Source of the DNA: Dicyema japonicum
Taxonomy: Eukaryota > Animalia > Dicyemida
NCBI GenBank assembly: GCA_011109175.1
Contig: RDEW01000002.1
Coordinates: 748,676 to 812,675, forward strand
Length of the DNA stretch: 64,000 nt
Direction: 5' to 3'
Shown piece after piece: positions 13,371 to 27,399 of the stretch. The notes beneath the pieces were generated by a model. That model did not search any database and was not told the origin of the DNA. It worked only from the letters and a program-made list of their open reading frames with translations. Both the position numbers and the translations under genes were made by a program. Within the stretch, counting starts at the first letter, position 1. Each line of letters begins with the position of its first letter.

Positions 13371-14199
13371 TATTTCTTCGACTAAGGTAGTGATGTCCCT
13401 ATAGAAAATAAGTTTTCTAAAGCTTAATTACCTTTCGGTACTCTCTACACTCGATTTTTGAAGTTCTAAAAAACATCAACATGGCAACTTGGACGAATAG
13501 TAACGATTGACACTGAAAAAATGAATATAGATCACATTTTTCCTTGCTTCCATCGTTTCTCGGTTGAGTTTTGTGATATTGGAGGCCTCCGCGACCCTGT
13601 GAGGTGGATACATTTAATTGACGGTAGTTTATTAAATATATATAAATAATTTATGTACAAAAAATTAAAAGAAAAATTGATGTAGTCAATTTGCCACTGA
13701 GGTAGATAGATTAGTAGAATTAGAGATTTCATCTTCATCAAATTTCTAAACAATGTCCACACAGGCTCAGCAATGAGGCTGCCCTTCATTTTTTAGACTT
13801 CCTAAAACACTTTACATAGCAAAATCTTTAGAAGTTTGTAATGTCATTCACTTTCCTAGATTTCAGACAAATCTTGTACTTTTGTAAGAATACCTAAAGT
13901 GTAGAAATATTGACTAAGCTGATCCCAAAGGTGAATCACACAGAGGATACTCACAAAAGTGCTGAATTGATTGTTACTCGTCGAAATTTTCGTAATGTTT
14001 AGATTTTTCAGGTAAAATAAGTGTCAATTGTAATGTTTGACTCAAAGACCGTTTTTGTTTCGCCCAAAGGCCTTAACCAGAAGTGTTTTCCGAGAGATTG
14101 GAAGTAACGATGATTTCGATAACGTCTGCTATCGTTCGCGACAATATTTACTGTCTTCTGACAGCTGGTGCCTGATTTGTCTCATTTGTCTAATAACTA

Positions 14200-14370
14200 T
14201 TTCAGAACCAACATGAAAGGTAGAAGACGCCTATTCCTCGCAGGTATGGGATCCCCACCAGTGGAGTGAGAGAAAGAGAAATGATCTTTTTGTGTGCCAC
14301 CCATGCACTGGGCGCCATCTAAAACAGGTAGAGTACTTGATGTTACTCTATTAGAAAAAGGAAGGAAGAA
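14200..14370 (-). repeat. Family-1 element, copy F (diverged; core 14282-14345)
   Basis: Reverse complement CTACCTGTTTTAGATGGCGCCCAGTGCATGGGTGGCACACAAAAAGATCATT; the downstream sequence is similar to copy E. Confidence 0.55.
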
Positions 14371-14599
14371 CAAAAGAAACAATTAGTAATCTTTAAGCAA
14401 GTACCCAACCGCAGAATGCTAACGTTAAGACCACGATGCCAATTACCCACTGCCGCTAATTATACCTGCTTCGCTTTGATCCACCATACAGTTCCTTCAC
14501 TACACACTTCTCTCCAACATCGTCTAACTCTGGTTCTCAACCTTCTTCCCGCCGCACATGGAAAATTTTCACCTTAACAAGGAAATGTCAAACAAGTCA

Positions 14600-14895
14600 A
14601 TTGAAATTGAAAAATTGCCAAAAAGTCTTGGGAGTGATCTTCGACACATATATGTGAGCCCATCAATCTCTTGGAATAATTCTCAGAAAATCGCTACGCA
14701 AAAAATGGTTTTTGGAGTGATAGAGGAGTGGTCTACGGAAAAAGAACATGTTTCCGACATCCTTGGAGATTCTAATCAAAAACAATAACGGAGGATCTGA
14801 TCTAAGTGATAAAGAGACAACCCAACCTTAACGAGCTTGTGTAGGATCAAAGGAGGAGCGTCAGGTCAAGCTGAGAGCCTGGATTAAATTGGTCG
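14600..14895 (+). mobile_element. LINE 3'-end fragment (family shared with 42060-42330 and 61690-61965)
   Basis: Shared blocks GAGAAGTGGTCTAC and CAAGCTGAGAGCCTGGATTAA among the three loci. Confidence 0.5.
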
Positions 14896-14911
14896 AAATA
14901 CTGTTAGCATC

Positions 14912-15319
14912 CTAACATTTAATTTCCCCTGGTCCCTTCGAATGAAGGAACCAGTGACTAACACGAACATCACAGCCAAGAATGGACTGTACTAGATATC
15001 CATCAGGTGTTTTTGGTATTGCGCAGAACTTGGAAACCTGAACGAGAAATAGCCCATTAGAATTGACATTTTTAAATATCTGAATATATTTATTTTCAAT
15101 GTCTATTCCCATTTCATTCTTCACCGAATAGATTGCTAAGTGGTATTTTTTATAATCTCCAAAAATTCGCCACCTATAACATCTGTTAATACCACATTCA
15201 TTTCTGGAACAATCAATGTACGAGAACATCCGATTAACCAACTGCACAGAACATCTGGCGTTTGCAATTATTTCAGACAAAGTTCTTTTATAATTATATT
15301 TATTTGATAATAAAACCAT
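14912..15319 (-). mobile_element. Degenerate pol-like remnant, homologous to 19650-19900
   Basis: 135-aa ORF; nucleotide similarity to 19680-19780 on the same strand. The domain identity is not resolved. Confidence 0.3.
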
Positions 15320-15394
15320 AAAATTGTTTTAAAATGAAAAGTAACTAAAAAGCAAACTATTTTTTTCTACTGCATGTTGAATAATCAACAAGTG

Positions 15395-15640
15395 GCTGCG
15401 TGGCGCCATGTGGTGCTATGTGCTAGTATGTCCAAAATTATTTTCCCTCCCTTTTATGGCATCATTGGATCCACCTTACTGAGGAGACGCCCAATGCCTG
15501 GCCGGCATTGAGAGAATCCACTATTCTTTCCCCGGGACAATGTCGTTTCCTGGAGACAAGTTCTGGAACGCTGGAACGAGTCAGGATCAGGGAGTTAGTT
15601 AGTTTGATTACCATTGGTCTTTTGAATATTTTTAATTTAA
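15395..15640 (+). repeat. Family-1 element, copy B (core 15458-15520) with LINE-like 3' tail
   Basis: Core as in copy A with a perfect AATGCC/GGCATT hairpin. Tail GGATCAGGGAGTTAGTTAGTTT matches the LINE 3' ends in this window. Confidence 0.75.
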
Positions 15641-16809
15641 TTAGTGTTAGTATTTTGTTTCTTAGAAGTAATCTTGTTGATCTAATTCTCATTCAATAGT
15701 TTTAAGTGGAAATTTATTTCTTTAGAAAAATATCCCATTTTGATTGATGCGTATCAACAAATTCTTTCGTGCTTCGGAAGCACGTATTTATCCGAAACAT
15801 AATTTTCTATACAGGACACGTTTAAAAGATGAAAATGATAAAATCTCAATACAGGACACGTTTAAAAGATGACCACCTTGGGGATTGCAGGAGAATAGCA
15901 ATATGACAATATGAGTCAGAATTCTATATAATTGCAGAATAATTACAATGCCAAAAATCGCATTAAATTTTTTATTTTAAAATAAAAATTCTAGCCCTTT
16001 TTGATGTGTTTGTTTTTTTCTCTTGTTTTGTTAAATAGAATCTAATATTAAAAAAGCTGTTATTAAAATACAAAAAAAATTATCTAAGTCGATCGCCAGA
16101 CAAATCGCTATATAAAAAGCAGCTCGCGAGCGAAAAAAAGTTGGCCAAAGACCACAGGAACTTAATTTACCCCAATGAGTTGTAAATGAATATAATTTAC
16201 CAGCAACGAATGCAGTTGTAGAGAGCCCTATTGGATGTGGCTTTAACTTAATTTCATAAATTAGATTTTCTCACGTTGTTTTTCCATTGATTCTTACTGA
16301 ATCCATTCTATTACTGTATCATCTATTTACCACCGGTTTCTATAGGTGAACGAAACCGACGACTAACAGGAAAGTAACTGCCAAAAGCAAAAGCTCCCAT
16401 AGATTATCATGCAAGTCACTTGCTTGTGGAGAACACTGCCCACATTGTAGCGAACATACCCGACCTCTCTTCCAGTTTAACAACAACCAAATAGTTCGCT
16501 TGTAGTGGATACAAGTTTCCACTGCATTGCCAAAGCTTGACAAAAGACTCTACTGAGCCGAATTTTATTATCTAAGAATGTCAATTCATTCAATAATCCA
16601 TGAATATTCAGCAATCTTATTAACAATTCTAGTAACATTTCCGCCAACAATTCTAGTAACATTTCCGCATCAATAGGCGAATAAAAAAGGAAAAATACAA
16701 ATTGCAAAGAAATGACAGAAATGAAGCAGATCAAATAATTTTAAAGGATAAAAATTAAATGAACAAGAACAATCAAGTAAGAAAACCAAAAATCAAAGCA
16801 AACAAAAAT

Positions 16810-18137
16810 TTAAACAGTCTCTTCGTCTTCTTCCTCATCCAAATCCTCATCAAGGGCAACATCCTGATACTGTTGATACTCAGTCACCAAATCCTGCATA
16901 TTCCATAACGCTTCAGTAAATTGCATTTCATCCATTCCTTCTCCTGTATACCAATGAAGGAAAGTCTTCTTTTTAAACATAGCAGTAAACTGTTCAGACA
17001 CTCTCTTGAATGTATCTTGAATGGCAGTAGTGTTTCCTATCAAGGTCCCAGACATATTCAATCCACGTGGGGAATATCACACCGCATTTACGTTATTTGG
17101 GATCCAATCGACAAAGTAGCAGCTATTCTTAGTCTGACTCAATTGTGTTACATCCATTATGGATATCCTCCCCCGATAGATTGCAGTTACGGTAAGGTAC
17201 CGACCATGCCTTGGGTCACACGCAGTCATCATTCTTAGCGTCGAACATCTGCTGGGTTATCTCAGCCACTGATAAAGAATGGTGTTGTTGGGAGCCTTTT
17301 GAGGTCAGTGGGGCAAATCCAGGAACGAAAAAATGGAGTCGCGGAAAGGGCACCATATTCACAGCCAACTTCGTAAATTAGCATTCATTTCCCGAAAATC
17401 TCAAACAAGTGTAACTCCTGACATTGTGGATGAGACGAGGTGGTTAAGGTCTTCATAAGTGGGAGAACTGAGTCGTAGAGTCTTTGTGCAAATTTCGTTG
17501 AGTGCCTCGTTGTCAATACAATATGTTTGGTCCGAATACTCAATTAATTGGTGGATGGATAGGGTAGCGTTGTACGGCTCTACGACTGTGTCACTTACTT
17601 TAGGTGACGGCAACACAGAAAATGTATTAATTATATGGTCGAGGTACTCATCTCTAATTCTTTGGATTATCAGTGAGCCCGTTCCAGAGCCAGTACCACC
17701 TCCGAGTGAATGAGTAAGCTGAATCCCTGCATGGCGTCGCAGGATTCGACCTCCTTGCGAACTACATCAAGAACTGACTCCACAAGTTCGGCTCCTTCCA
17801 TGTAGTGTCCCTTGGCCCAGTTGTTTCCAGCTCCTGATTGTCCAAAGACGAAGTTGTCGGGACGGAACATCTGCCCAAAGGGTCCACTACGGACGGCGTC
17901 CATTGTTCCGGGTTCTAGATCCACTAGGATCGCCCGTGGACATATTTGCCTCCAGAAGCTTCGTTGTAGTACACATTAATCGCTCTAATTGTAGATCAGA
18001 ATCACCAAAGTAAGATCCTGTAGGGTCTATCCCGTGCTCATCTGATATAACTTCCCAAAACTGAATTAGATCACATAAATCTACCTTAGATCCTATTTGG
18101 TTGCCACACTGACCCTTGTATGCAATATCTCACGCAT
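16810..18137 (-). pseudogene. TUBB: Beta-tubulin, divergent, about 10 or more small deletions as assembled; one 24-nt intron (18061-18084)
   Basis: [14 protein letters not shown]|[65 protein letters not shown] and EYQQYQD with an acidic tail. The intron follows codon 19, as in animal beta-tubulins. Confidence 0.92.
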
Positions 18138-19189
18138 GTTATCTAATCTTTTCTATAACTCCCCGGTATTTTTTGGTTTGCCATTCTAAAAAAATAAATC
18201 TTCATTTTTATTAAGTTTTTACTTATTTTTTCCATTAATTAAATAGTCGATATCATAAAACTATTTTTTAATTAGTATTATATATTAAGAAAACTTATTC
18301 ATCTGTAGAGCAAAATCTAACCGACTTAACACTTGACTGATTTAGAACCGTCTAATGATGATTGCAGAAAAGTCAATCGCAGCTTTTTCACATAAAACAA
18401 AGCTGCATCAACATGAACCGACTATTATAAGCGAGAACCATTTTAAAGTTTTCAATCATAACAAGAATTCATTGGGGTAATGATCTTGCCCCCACAATCA
18501 CATGGGACTATAAAATAACAAAGATACAGAAAACAAGTAGTAAACCTGAGACAGGTAGATTGATCACCCGTAACCATATCAAACAAAATATTTGGTAGTT
18601 ATTTGCTAAGGGGAGAGGTTATTCGTCTTTATTTCTATTTAGCCTCTTCTTTATTCTCTACTACTGATCTTAGACATAAATAATCTCAGATATTCTCATA
18701 AATTTCGATCATTTCTATGTTCTTTATAAAAAATAATATAGTTTTTATCTTCTCGTGGTTTATGGGTTGACTCAATTTTTTTATTTTAATTCCAATAATT
18801 CGGAGAAAAAAATCAAGAAACTCCGACGTTCTGTTAATTTATTTAAAAAACCCCATTATCATGGTCGGTGTTCGCATTTTTAGACGATTCATTATTTTCT
18901 GAGACAAAAGGACACGTGACAGATTTGGGGACTGGAAGAATTCTTAGAGTGAGCCACAGTCTTTTATGGTCTCGTCAACAGCGGAGTTAGTCAATAAGCC
19001 GAAGAAAAGTCTATAAAGAAAGTTGACTGGGATGCCTCAAGAAATTAACCCTGAATAAAAAACTAAAGATAAAATTGTTGGTGAGGTAGGGATAAGAGTG
19101 GAGAGTGAAGCATAGCTGAATTAGACTTTTGAGGTTAGGGTTAAGGGAGAGGAACCATTTGAATATCTGGAAAACTGGACTTGAGAGAA

Positions 19190-19309
19190 GAGCATTGACT
19201 TTTGCTGACCAGGCATTGGGCGTCTCCAGATTAAGGTGAATCCAATGTCGCCACTAGTGGGAAGGTGGTGAAATCTTCAATCGTAAAGCCACATGGCATC
19301 TCGCGGCTG
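19190..19309 (-). repeat. Family-1 element, copy I
   Basis: Reverse complement CAGCCGCGAGATGCCATGTGGCT..GGCGACATTGGATTCACCTTAATCTGGAGACGCCCAATGCCTGGTCAGC. Confidence 0.65.
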
Positions 19310-22300
19310 AATATAAATTATCGCAGGATTTACCGTTTTTTCGATCCCCTCAAATTGTGGCATCGTCGAGGTACCATATTTGAGTTCTAATTAACGAGGC
19401 AGGCGCATCGATCCCTAGGGCGAAGAACAACGGTCAAAGTGGGCTCTCTAGCAGCAATTTTAGATGTCATGTGCTTCAGGATATTCCCAATAGCGATGCC
19501 GCATGCTTCCTGAAATTAATCAGCCAGGAAATGAACAAGAGTTCAAGTGCAAAGTCAGAAATCTTGAGCTTTTATTGAGTCCATTAGAGTGTTTTCATCA
19601 TCGAAAATCGTTACAGAAATAAGGTCTTTTATATGGATCGGACGTGGGCCATCAAGTATGTCACTGCTTTTCCATTCCCTTCAAGTGAAAGAAACCTGTG
19701 GCTAACAAAAACTTTACTACTAAGAACAGATGTTCCCAAAGATCCGACAGGTACATTTGGTTCTGAAGAAAACTAGTAGGTAGACCCGGACGAGTGAAGA
19801 GATATTCCTGGTCGTCAAGAAAACATGGTGGGCATAGTGGCGAGGACGATTGTCTAATCCTGTACAGTGGTTTTCATGTAAATCAAAAACTGCCTATTTG
19901 TAGCAACAAACCCAATTATTTCCCTTACCAAGCAACTAACAAATAGTTTGCTTGGTAGTGGCTACGGGACAGACCGTGGGTCATACATCATTGACAGTAA
20001 CTGACTAATGTGAGTGTTCATTTCGATTTGTTTCTTACTGGTGGGTGCTTCACAATGTGTGGATATTCAATTGGGGTGAAAATGATCTTAATAATAATAA
20101 ATTAACGTAAGAGAACGAAGAAAGTCATCACCAAGTAACAAAAAGTTTAATTTTCTTAGAGATCCTTTCCAGCGTAGCCATAGAGTATTACTTTGTAAGA
20201 AACATTTTTGGCCCAAATCAGATTCAATTCGTGAAATTTGTCAAAACGGTTTTGTTCTAAAGAATCTTCGATTACTACAATAAATACAAAAAACAAAAAT
20301 CAGATTGAGTAACTCCATCGTTAAGCGTAAACAATTAAAGAATGATCTGTAATGCTCTACACGATTATATTAGTAAAAAATATAGTTAATGAAAAGACAG
20401 AATCTGAAAAGGGCTGGAGAATAAATGTGTGGTGAATAAAATGGATATTTGACGAGGAAGACAACAATGTGGGAGACATGTGATATTAAGACACGACAGT
20501 GATGAAAATGAAAAAAAACATAAAATTCCCATTATGAGGAGTTTGTACGATCAAATATTGAAAAAATGAATTTCAGTAAAATCATATTTAAGGGTATTAT
20601 TGAATATTATTGTGTAGATTTTTAAGATTTTTAATTAAAACAAAAATTAATATTTTATGGATCTCTAACTAACATTTTGGTCCATGAGAGCTTTTATTGG
20701 ATATTTTTTTATTATGAAGATAGAATAACTCACAGGGTTGCCTTATAAAGTAAATTTAAGAAATGTCACACATATGACCAATTGACGAAAAATTCTAAAG
20801 TGTATGTCCTGCACATGTTGGTCCTGGATTATTGGCTCTCATGAAGTCCTACTAGTAATTAGATAAAGCTGGTTAAAGGCACGTCTCTGCGGTAAGAACT
20901 ATTTAGAGCGAAACCAAGGCATTCCTTAAAGAATGTCTCATATTTCTAGTTACCCAAACCTGATTGGTTCATAAGATTTATTATCTTGATAACTGAAAAT
21001 CCAAACTAATTTAATAAGACGATATAAACTCCCGACAATTTAAGGTCGTCTATTTCACTTTTAGTGAACTAAACATATTTTTCAGTTTACAAGTTTCATG
21101 TATAATCTCATGTGGTTTTTAAATAATGAACTCACTAATCATTACGAATATATCACCCATTTTTGGCTCACTTCATGTATGAAGCCATCACCACTTCCTA
21201 ACTTTCAGAGTCGTGCAGTGATTGTGTTTCAGATATCAGCAACGATTCATTTAGCCAAAGTTGCAACTTCTCCAGAAGGTTCGAAGGTAATTAGGACAAA
21301 ACGAAATCAATCTCTGAGAGCTGAGTATTTCTTAGTTTCTCCATTTTTCGTGTTGGTAGGTGCTGTTGACAAAACAAGCGTAATATTAGGAGGTTATGTG
21401 AAGGTTTTCTATTGTGAGTCATACAATGACCTCGACGCTTTACGTGCACCTTCAATCCCGAGTCCCAAAGTCATTTAAGAGCTACAGCAAGAACTTATTA
21501 AGGAACTGAAAATAGGAGTTCATCAGAGGGTATAGTATCGTAGTCCTGCCTCTTGGTTTGGATAATTCGACAGGCCCCTCTTTTAATAGCACCATGTTTA
21601 TGGGGTCATGGCCCAGCGCGTTAGTTTTACATTCTCTAATAGGTGTCTCTACTTCCAATAAAATGACTACTTCGTACATTATCTTAAGCACTCCTTCAGA
21701 GTATCTGGTTAGATCTCCTGAGTTACGATCATTTGACTCTCTGAATTCATCTATACTACTTTTCTCAATAAAACTGAATTTGATGATTTCTGATTAGACT
21801 TTTACAGTTAATAGAAATGCTAATGCAGAAAACGACATTAAAGAGCCGAACCTGAACTTGCCTCAGAAAGACAGGGTATTCACAATAATCAAGAACAGTT
21901 CAGAGACTCAAAAAGTAAACAAAGACATAATTGAAATGAGAAATTGGAGTACCGAATAATCAACGTAGTTCGCGACAGCATTAAAAAAGTTCAATACGTC
22001 AAAAAGATTATCAGTGATCTCAAATTGTCCTCGAAATAATTAGACAAGTGTAATTGCTGGCCATCTTAAAAAGGAAAATCCAGAGTTCTGATAGCACTAA
22101 ACATGAGGACTAAAAAAACGATCAAAGAGTTTAAGGAAACAATCATCGAACTCGAGAACTGATCTGAAAAATATTGAAAATGTTAAACAGCAACAATAAG
22201 ACTTTCAGGAATATCGATAAAATCTTCATCTAAAAGACGATCCAAGACATGACTTTTGAGATTTACAAAATCTTTGAATTGAAGAGAAAATTGATCAAGA

Positions 22301-22494
22301 ACTCCAATAAGAATGTGATTCAAAGATTCACTGCCTTCAACTCCCTGACTTGTATTTTACAAACAAACTCAATCAGTCATCACTTGATCTTTCGAGCTTG
22401 ATACCATATACGAAAGTCATCATCAACTGCAGCCTACCCATATATTAATCAATTTAAGATTACATGAAAGACCTTAGGGGAATTCGCTAAAAGA

Positions 22495-22740
22495 ATTAAC
22501 TATACTTTAACACATGATTTATATCGTCTTTTGGTAACAAGATCTACAAATTGGGGAACTATTAGCCTAAATTGAAGGATCTTCTGGATTCGCGTATAAG
22601 AAACGGGAATGTTTCCTAAGAATACTACTAGTCCACCTTTAAATTTCATGTCCGTAGTAAATAGGGTGAACTGAGATTTGAATGCAGACACAGACAGTAA
22701 AATCATGGATAGCCAGTCACATAGAAGCTGAATTGTCGCA
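22495..22740 (-). mobile_element. Ty1/copia RNase H remnant
   Basis: TTDMKFKGGLVVFLGNIPVSYTRIQK resembles DRKSTSGYVFFLGxxPISWxSKKQ. Confidence 0.45.
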
Positions 22741-23249
22741 AGTGAATCCTTTCTTCAATATAACAGCAATTTAACATAGATTTATTTATTTTTATTTATC
22801 TAAATAATAAAATTATAAAACATAGATTAGTCAATTTATTATTGAAATTAACTTCATACGTTGGTCACGTTATTGTGTTCGTTGAAAAAAAATTTAGCGT
22901 GGCGTTATGTAGTTCACCAATTCTGTAAATATTTGTAACACCTGGAGGGCACCTAATATTCTTCCAAAGAAAACAATTAAACATTTATCTCCGAGGATAC
23001 TTTCTCCCAGACGTTTTCAGCTTCAAATACCCGGAAGGAACCCCTAGCCCACCGCAAGTGATGGACCACGGTTTACAGCTAAATGTCGATGGAGTAGGGG
23101 CAAAATATCTGAACTGCGCTCTCTCCTGTCGAGCTGAAGATCGACTCCCGGATAAAAGACAATACGGACTAACCAGACGATGAAGCAGGGTGTTGGCCTA
23201 CTCATTTTATATCGGAAAAATCTTTAATGTGTGGACATCTTCAGAAGTT

Positions 23250-23800
23250 ATTTATTGAAAATAATTAAAACAACCTATTCTATGGTACCGGATAAAATCT
23301 CAATGATCCTTTAAAGAATCTTGGAGAATATGGAATCGCCGCATAGTAAAATTTTAATTCCCGACTTCTTCCGAATGATGTTCCTAAGGATCCCCTTTGT
23401 CTCCTTTGTTATTCAACCTATTCATGGCCAATCTCAGTAGCAGGAAATCGAAAATGATATTCTTATCACTTATGTCTACGACATCTATGTAGCTTCATAT
23501 GACTGGACATCAAGACTGCTACTTTAAGATTGCAACAAAACCTGTATTGCTTTAACGAATGGTTGCTGGAGAACGTATGTTGACCAGCACTGAGATATCT
23601 GTCACATATCCCTTCACATCAGACAAGAGACTTGGAAGACGGACGGCCAATTTAAAAACAAACAATCGTGTTACCTTGTTTAGAAAATCTCACAAGATCC
23701 ACGGGGTAATTTTTGACATGCACATGTAATTCTCCCTCATGTTGAAAATGTTATAACAAAATGTGATAAAAAGCGGTGAGAGAGAGCTCGCCTAAAACAA
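23250..23800 (+). mobile_element. Degenerate LINE RT (I/Ingi-like)
   Basis: Frameshifted VPKGSPLSPLLFNLFM, YVYDI (YADD-like) and GVIFD..HV..V..KC motifs. Confidence 0.55.
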
Positions 23801-24099
23801 CATGTAATAAATATATTTTTCCACACTTCATATTGGGTTTACTGGAGTATGGGAAAATTCCGGAACGTGCGTATATTAAAATAAAACAATTTTCAACCAA
23901 ATTTATTCTGTTTTAAGACCAATGTAGTTTTTACTACTGATAAGTGCTTGTGTGGGGTCGAGGTAGGAGCATCAGACCAAGTTGAGGTCTCTGCTAGAGC
24001 TTGCTGAAATCAAGTGATTAGTTAGTTTGGTGTAACCGTGGTCTCGATTGTTATTATTATGACATTTAAATCAAAAAAAGACCAAAATTATGATTACTG

Positions 24100-24745
24100 C
24101 TAATAATGGAATAATGGAACTAAAAATGGGGAATGAGAAAATAGAGTTGCGATAATGTTGTCTTTCTTGGTTGTCTAATTAATCGGAATGGTGATGGAGG
24201 CTTAAAAATCAATAGGCGAATTGCCATTGGACGCCTTTCGAAGAATGAATAGAATTTGGAAAAGCAAAGATATTTGCTTAAGACCAAATGCAGACTGGTT
24301 AATGCAATCGTGTTCCGGTTTTTCTATGGCGCAGAATCATGGATACTGAAAAAGCGGATAGACGAAAAATGGATGCTTTTGTATGTGGTGCTAGGAGGTA
24401 ACTAGAATCCCTTGGACCTCCAAAATAACAAACACCGATGTACTCAAACGGGTGGAGACGGACATTTCGCTAGAAGGAAGAATCGTAAACACACAGATTG
24501 GCGTTCTTTGGGCATGTTGTCTGCTCTGATTACCTGGAAAGAACCATTATGCTGAGCAATATTACTGGGAAGAAAAGACCTGGTCTATCGAGGACTCGGT
24601 GGCTATCCACGGTGGAAGACATAACAGGATATGCCTATATCAAGGCTACTCTAAATTGCAATGGATAGGGGAGAGTGGAGGAAACTTGTTCATGAGATCT
24701 CCAAAGGTCGGACACGACTTAATTGGATAGCATAACATAAATAAA
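24100..24745 (+). mobile_element. RTE-clade LINE 3' fragment
   Basis: INRRIAIG, KTKCRLVNAIVF, YGAESW, LRIPWTSKITNTDVLKR; A-rich tail. Confidence 0.7.
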
Positions 24746-25559
24746 AAATGGCAAAAAACAGCTATAACGTCTTAAAGATAAAACATTTTTAATAAATTTT
24801 TATATAATTTAACTATAAAAATGACAGGCCTGATGAGTGAGGATAAATGGCATTTTATGGCAAAAAATTCCCAGTTAAAACTTATTCTGTATTATGAATT
24901 AAATGAAGCAACCAGAATCGAATAGTCTCAAATAGCAAGCGAAACCTAGTCAAATAGGCAACTGCGTTCACGTAGGAAATCTGATCCAAAAATCGATTCA
25001 GAAACTACTATAAATAGTCTTGTGGCACCGGAGGTCTCCACAGAGAAAAAAATAAACAGCATTCCATGTAATTGTCAATAATCAATATTTGAATATAATG
25101 TTGAGATTCAAATTGCCAACAAGTCTAATAGATAGTTGGGGGCAGTTTGGCGTTTTAATTTTGGTTGCTTCGGTTGGTTATCGCCCATAAAAAGAAACGG
25201 GCGTCCGTTTTTATATTTAAGAGAATTCATTTAAGAGAATGAAGTAAAAGTTCTCAACTACCTAAGTGATCCAAGGGAGAATACGAGTAGACGGGGTCAA
25301 GAATCTCCTACAGCTCTTCTTATCTTTATAGCATCGAGTTAAATTTTCTATATGAATTTTTTTAATAATCCAAACGTACAATTATGGTAAGCTAGCACAA
25401 AGATCGTCTGCTGTTCTGATTTGTCTTGATTCAGACAGAGAGGAATCAGAGTTCTCTGTCGTCCACAAAAGTCCCAAGTTCATTCTGGTTGAAAAAAATC
25501 CTCCATAATTGGTTGCTCTTCTTTTTCGGCGTTCTTTTTGTTGACTTTTAAAAACTTAA

Positions 25560-25900
25560 ATTGTCATTAATCTGTCTTAGAAAAGAGACCGTCTTCTACC
25601 CAAAAACTCCGCTCGTCTCGACAACTACAGGCTGAAATTTCGAACAGCCTCTTCAACTTTTGACATGGAGCTTAAAAGTCTCAAAAAAGTGTCTATACAG
25701 GCCCCATCCAAAATCAAATATTTCCGCAAAGCTATGAGAAAGACACTTCCCTGCCCAGGCACTTTCAATCATCACGATCCAGGCTTACCGGTTTCAGAAA
25801 TGATTGGAATTAAGTCGCCTCAAAAGAGCGCTTCATAACTCCGTTGATGGCGGCATGCATCCGAAACCGGTTACTGCTGAGACGACAGAGAGCGAGTGAA
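25560..25900 (-). mobile_element. CRE-clade LINE fragment
   Basis: Homologous to 8340-8610; RH..INGVMKRSF and GKCL.WD-like text on the minus strand. Confidence 0.45.
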
Positions 25901-26709
25901 GCCCTAGTTACATACTATAGTTAATATGGAAGGCGATAGTTAACATGGCAGAATTTTTTTTTCTCGGGATCGATACAAAAAAAGGTTGAGAAGCACTGCT
26001 TTAGATAAAGCTAAAGACTTTCCTGCATCAAAATCAATTTAGTTATCTACGACACAACTTTAAAGGGAATCTTCCTACCTACTCCCTGGCCAAATCCACT
26101 GGTGAAGATTACCATTATTTAAACTATCAGTATTTCGATGCTGTTGTATTAATGGTGAATAGTTAAAACCGTTGATTATTTGAAGTTTAAATCACTGAGA
26201 TACCTTGAAAATATAAGAACTGAGGATTAAAAAAAAAAAATAATATTGAAAAACTGCATAAACTATTTTACTCTCTGTATTTGGGAACCCTCTGTATTTG
26301 GGGCGCCTATTTATTGGGGCAGGGGTTGAGCTGTGTGTACTAATTTTATCAGTGTATATTTACAATGTTTAACAATCACACTGTTCACTCTTTTTGTCTT
26401 TAAGTAGTTGGTCATTTACGATATAACTCTATTGAAGATCAAAAGGGAAATATTTATTTGGCTAAAAATTTGTGAAATTAAAAATACAAATTTTTCGACT
26501 GGATACACTTCAGTTATTTACTGAAGCCAATTGGCTATTTTACCTTCTTTAATTGAGCGATCATCTATATTAACAGCTAGACAAAATCTACATGATAGTA
26601 GAAACACTTAGATAATGGAGATGACATTATTATCATTTATTATTATTAATGGCAATTTCCGCGAAACCAGAAAAGTTAACTAATTTAAGATTCTACTTTT
26701 GCCATGCAT

Positions 26710-27200
26710 TTTAGATACGGGCTGTAAGTCGTTTCAACCTCCCCTGTTTCTCGCAACCGCACTCAGATCATCCAGATCCTCTCTTGTTTTCAGTTTTCTT
26801 TCCATGCAAGTAAGGTCTTTGTCGACCTCGATACGTTGTTCTGTTTAATGCGGAAAAAAATGATTCCAAGGCCTGATTGGCTAATGCCATTTCCGAAGCT
26901 CTTGGGATATGTGAAAAAACTGCCACTTCCCCTAAGTAACTTTATTTCCAGTCTGTGTTGCTTGAGTAATTCTGTAAAGCTCGTCGTTGGTCATCCGTTT
27001 TGGACAGTATATTCCCAGAAGTCGTAGTTGTTTATGGAGTTGGCATAAAAACCCTATTAAAGAATACATTTATAAAAGTCGGTCCATAGAGTTTGAAGTT
27101 GTCAAAATGGATTCGGGTCTTCCCTGTCTTTAACTAAAATCTGTCCACATCGGAAAGTAGAAAGGCAAGTCGACATATTTCAAGTGCAGAGGAAATCCTA
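26710..27200 (-). mobile_element. RTE-clade LINE 3' fragment
   Basis: QLRLLGIYCPKRMTNDELYRIT and VDKDL..KTREDLDDLSAVARNRGG; same family as 47760-48330. Confidence 0.6.
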
Positions 27201-27399
27201 TCGAAAACTACATACAAAAAGACTTGTATAAATAGATAATTATCACGTAAAAAGGCCCACAATTACGAATGTTTCTCTTTAATGTAAAAAATTAAAAGGG
27301 AAGTTCTTAGTCATGCGAGTACAGGCCTGATCAGATTCCCATAATGGTTTTAAAGATATGGATGAACAAGGAATCTCAATAAAATTCTAAAAACATAAA

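Noticed and set aside
15395-15420. LTR end plus primer-binding site reading (CCACA-TGGCGCC on -) of the family-1 heads
   Set aside because: The putative PBS differs between copies after TGG(C), there is no conserved TG start or paired LTRs, and the other end matches LINE tails. It is less likely but not fully excluded.
15809-15872. CRISPR-like direct repeats (24 nt x2, 16-nt spacer); similar pairs at 16622-16668 and 63222-63293
   Set aside because: Only two units each, in a eukaryotic context with no cas genes; these are simple local duplications.
19131-19148. Telomere-like TTAGGGTTAAGGG
   Set aside because: Fewer than two perfect units; expected by chance.
24826-24850. CTGATGAG hammerhead start
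   Set aside because: No stem II or GAAA follows.
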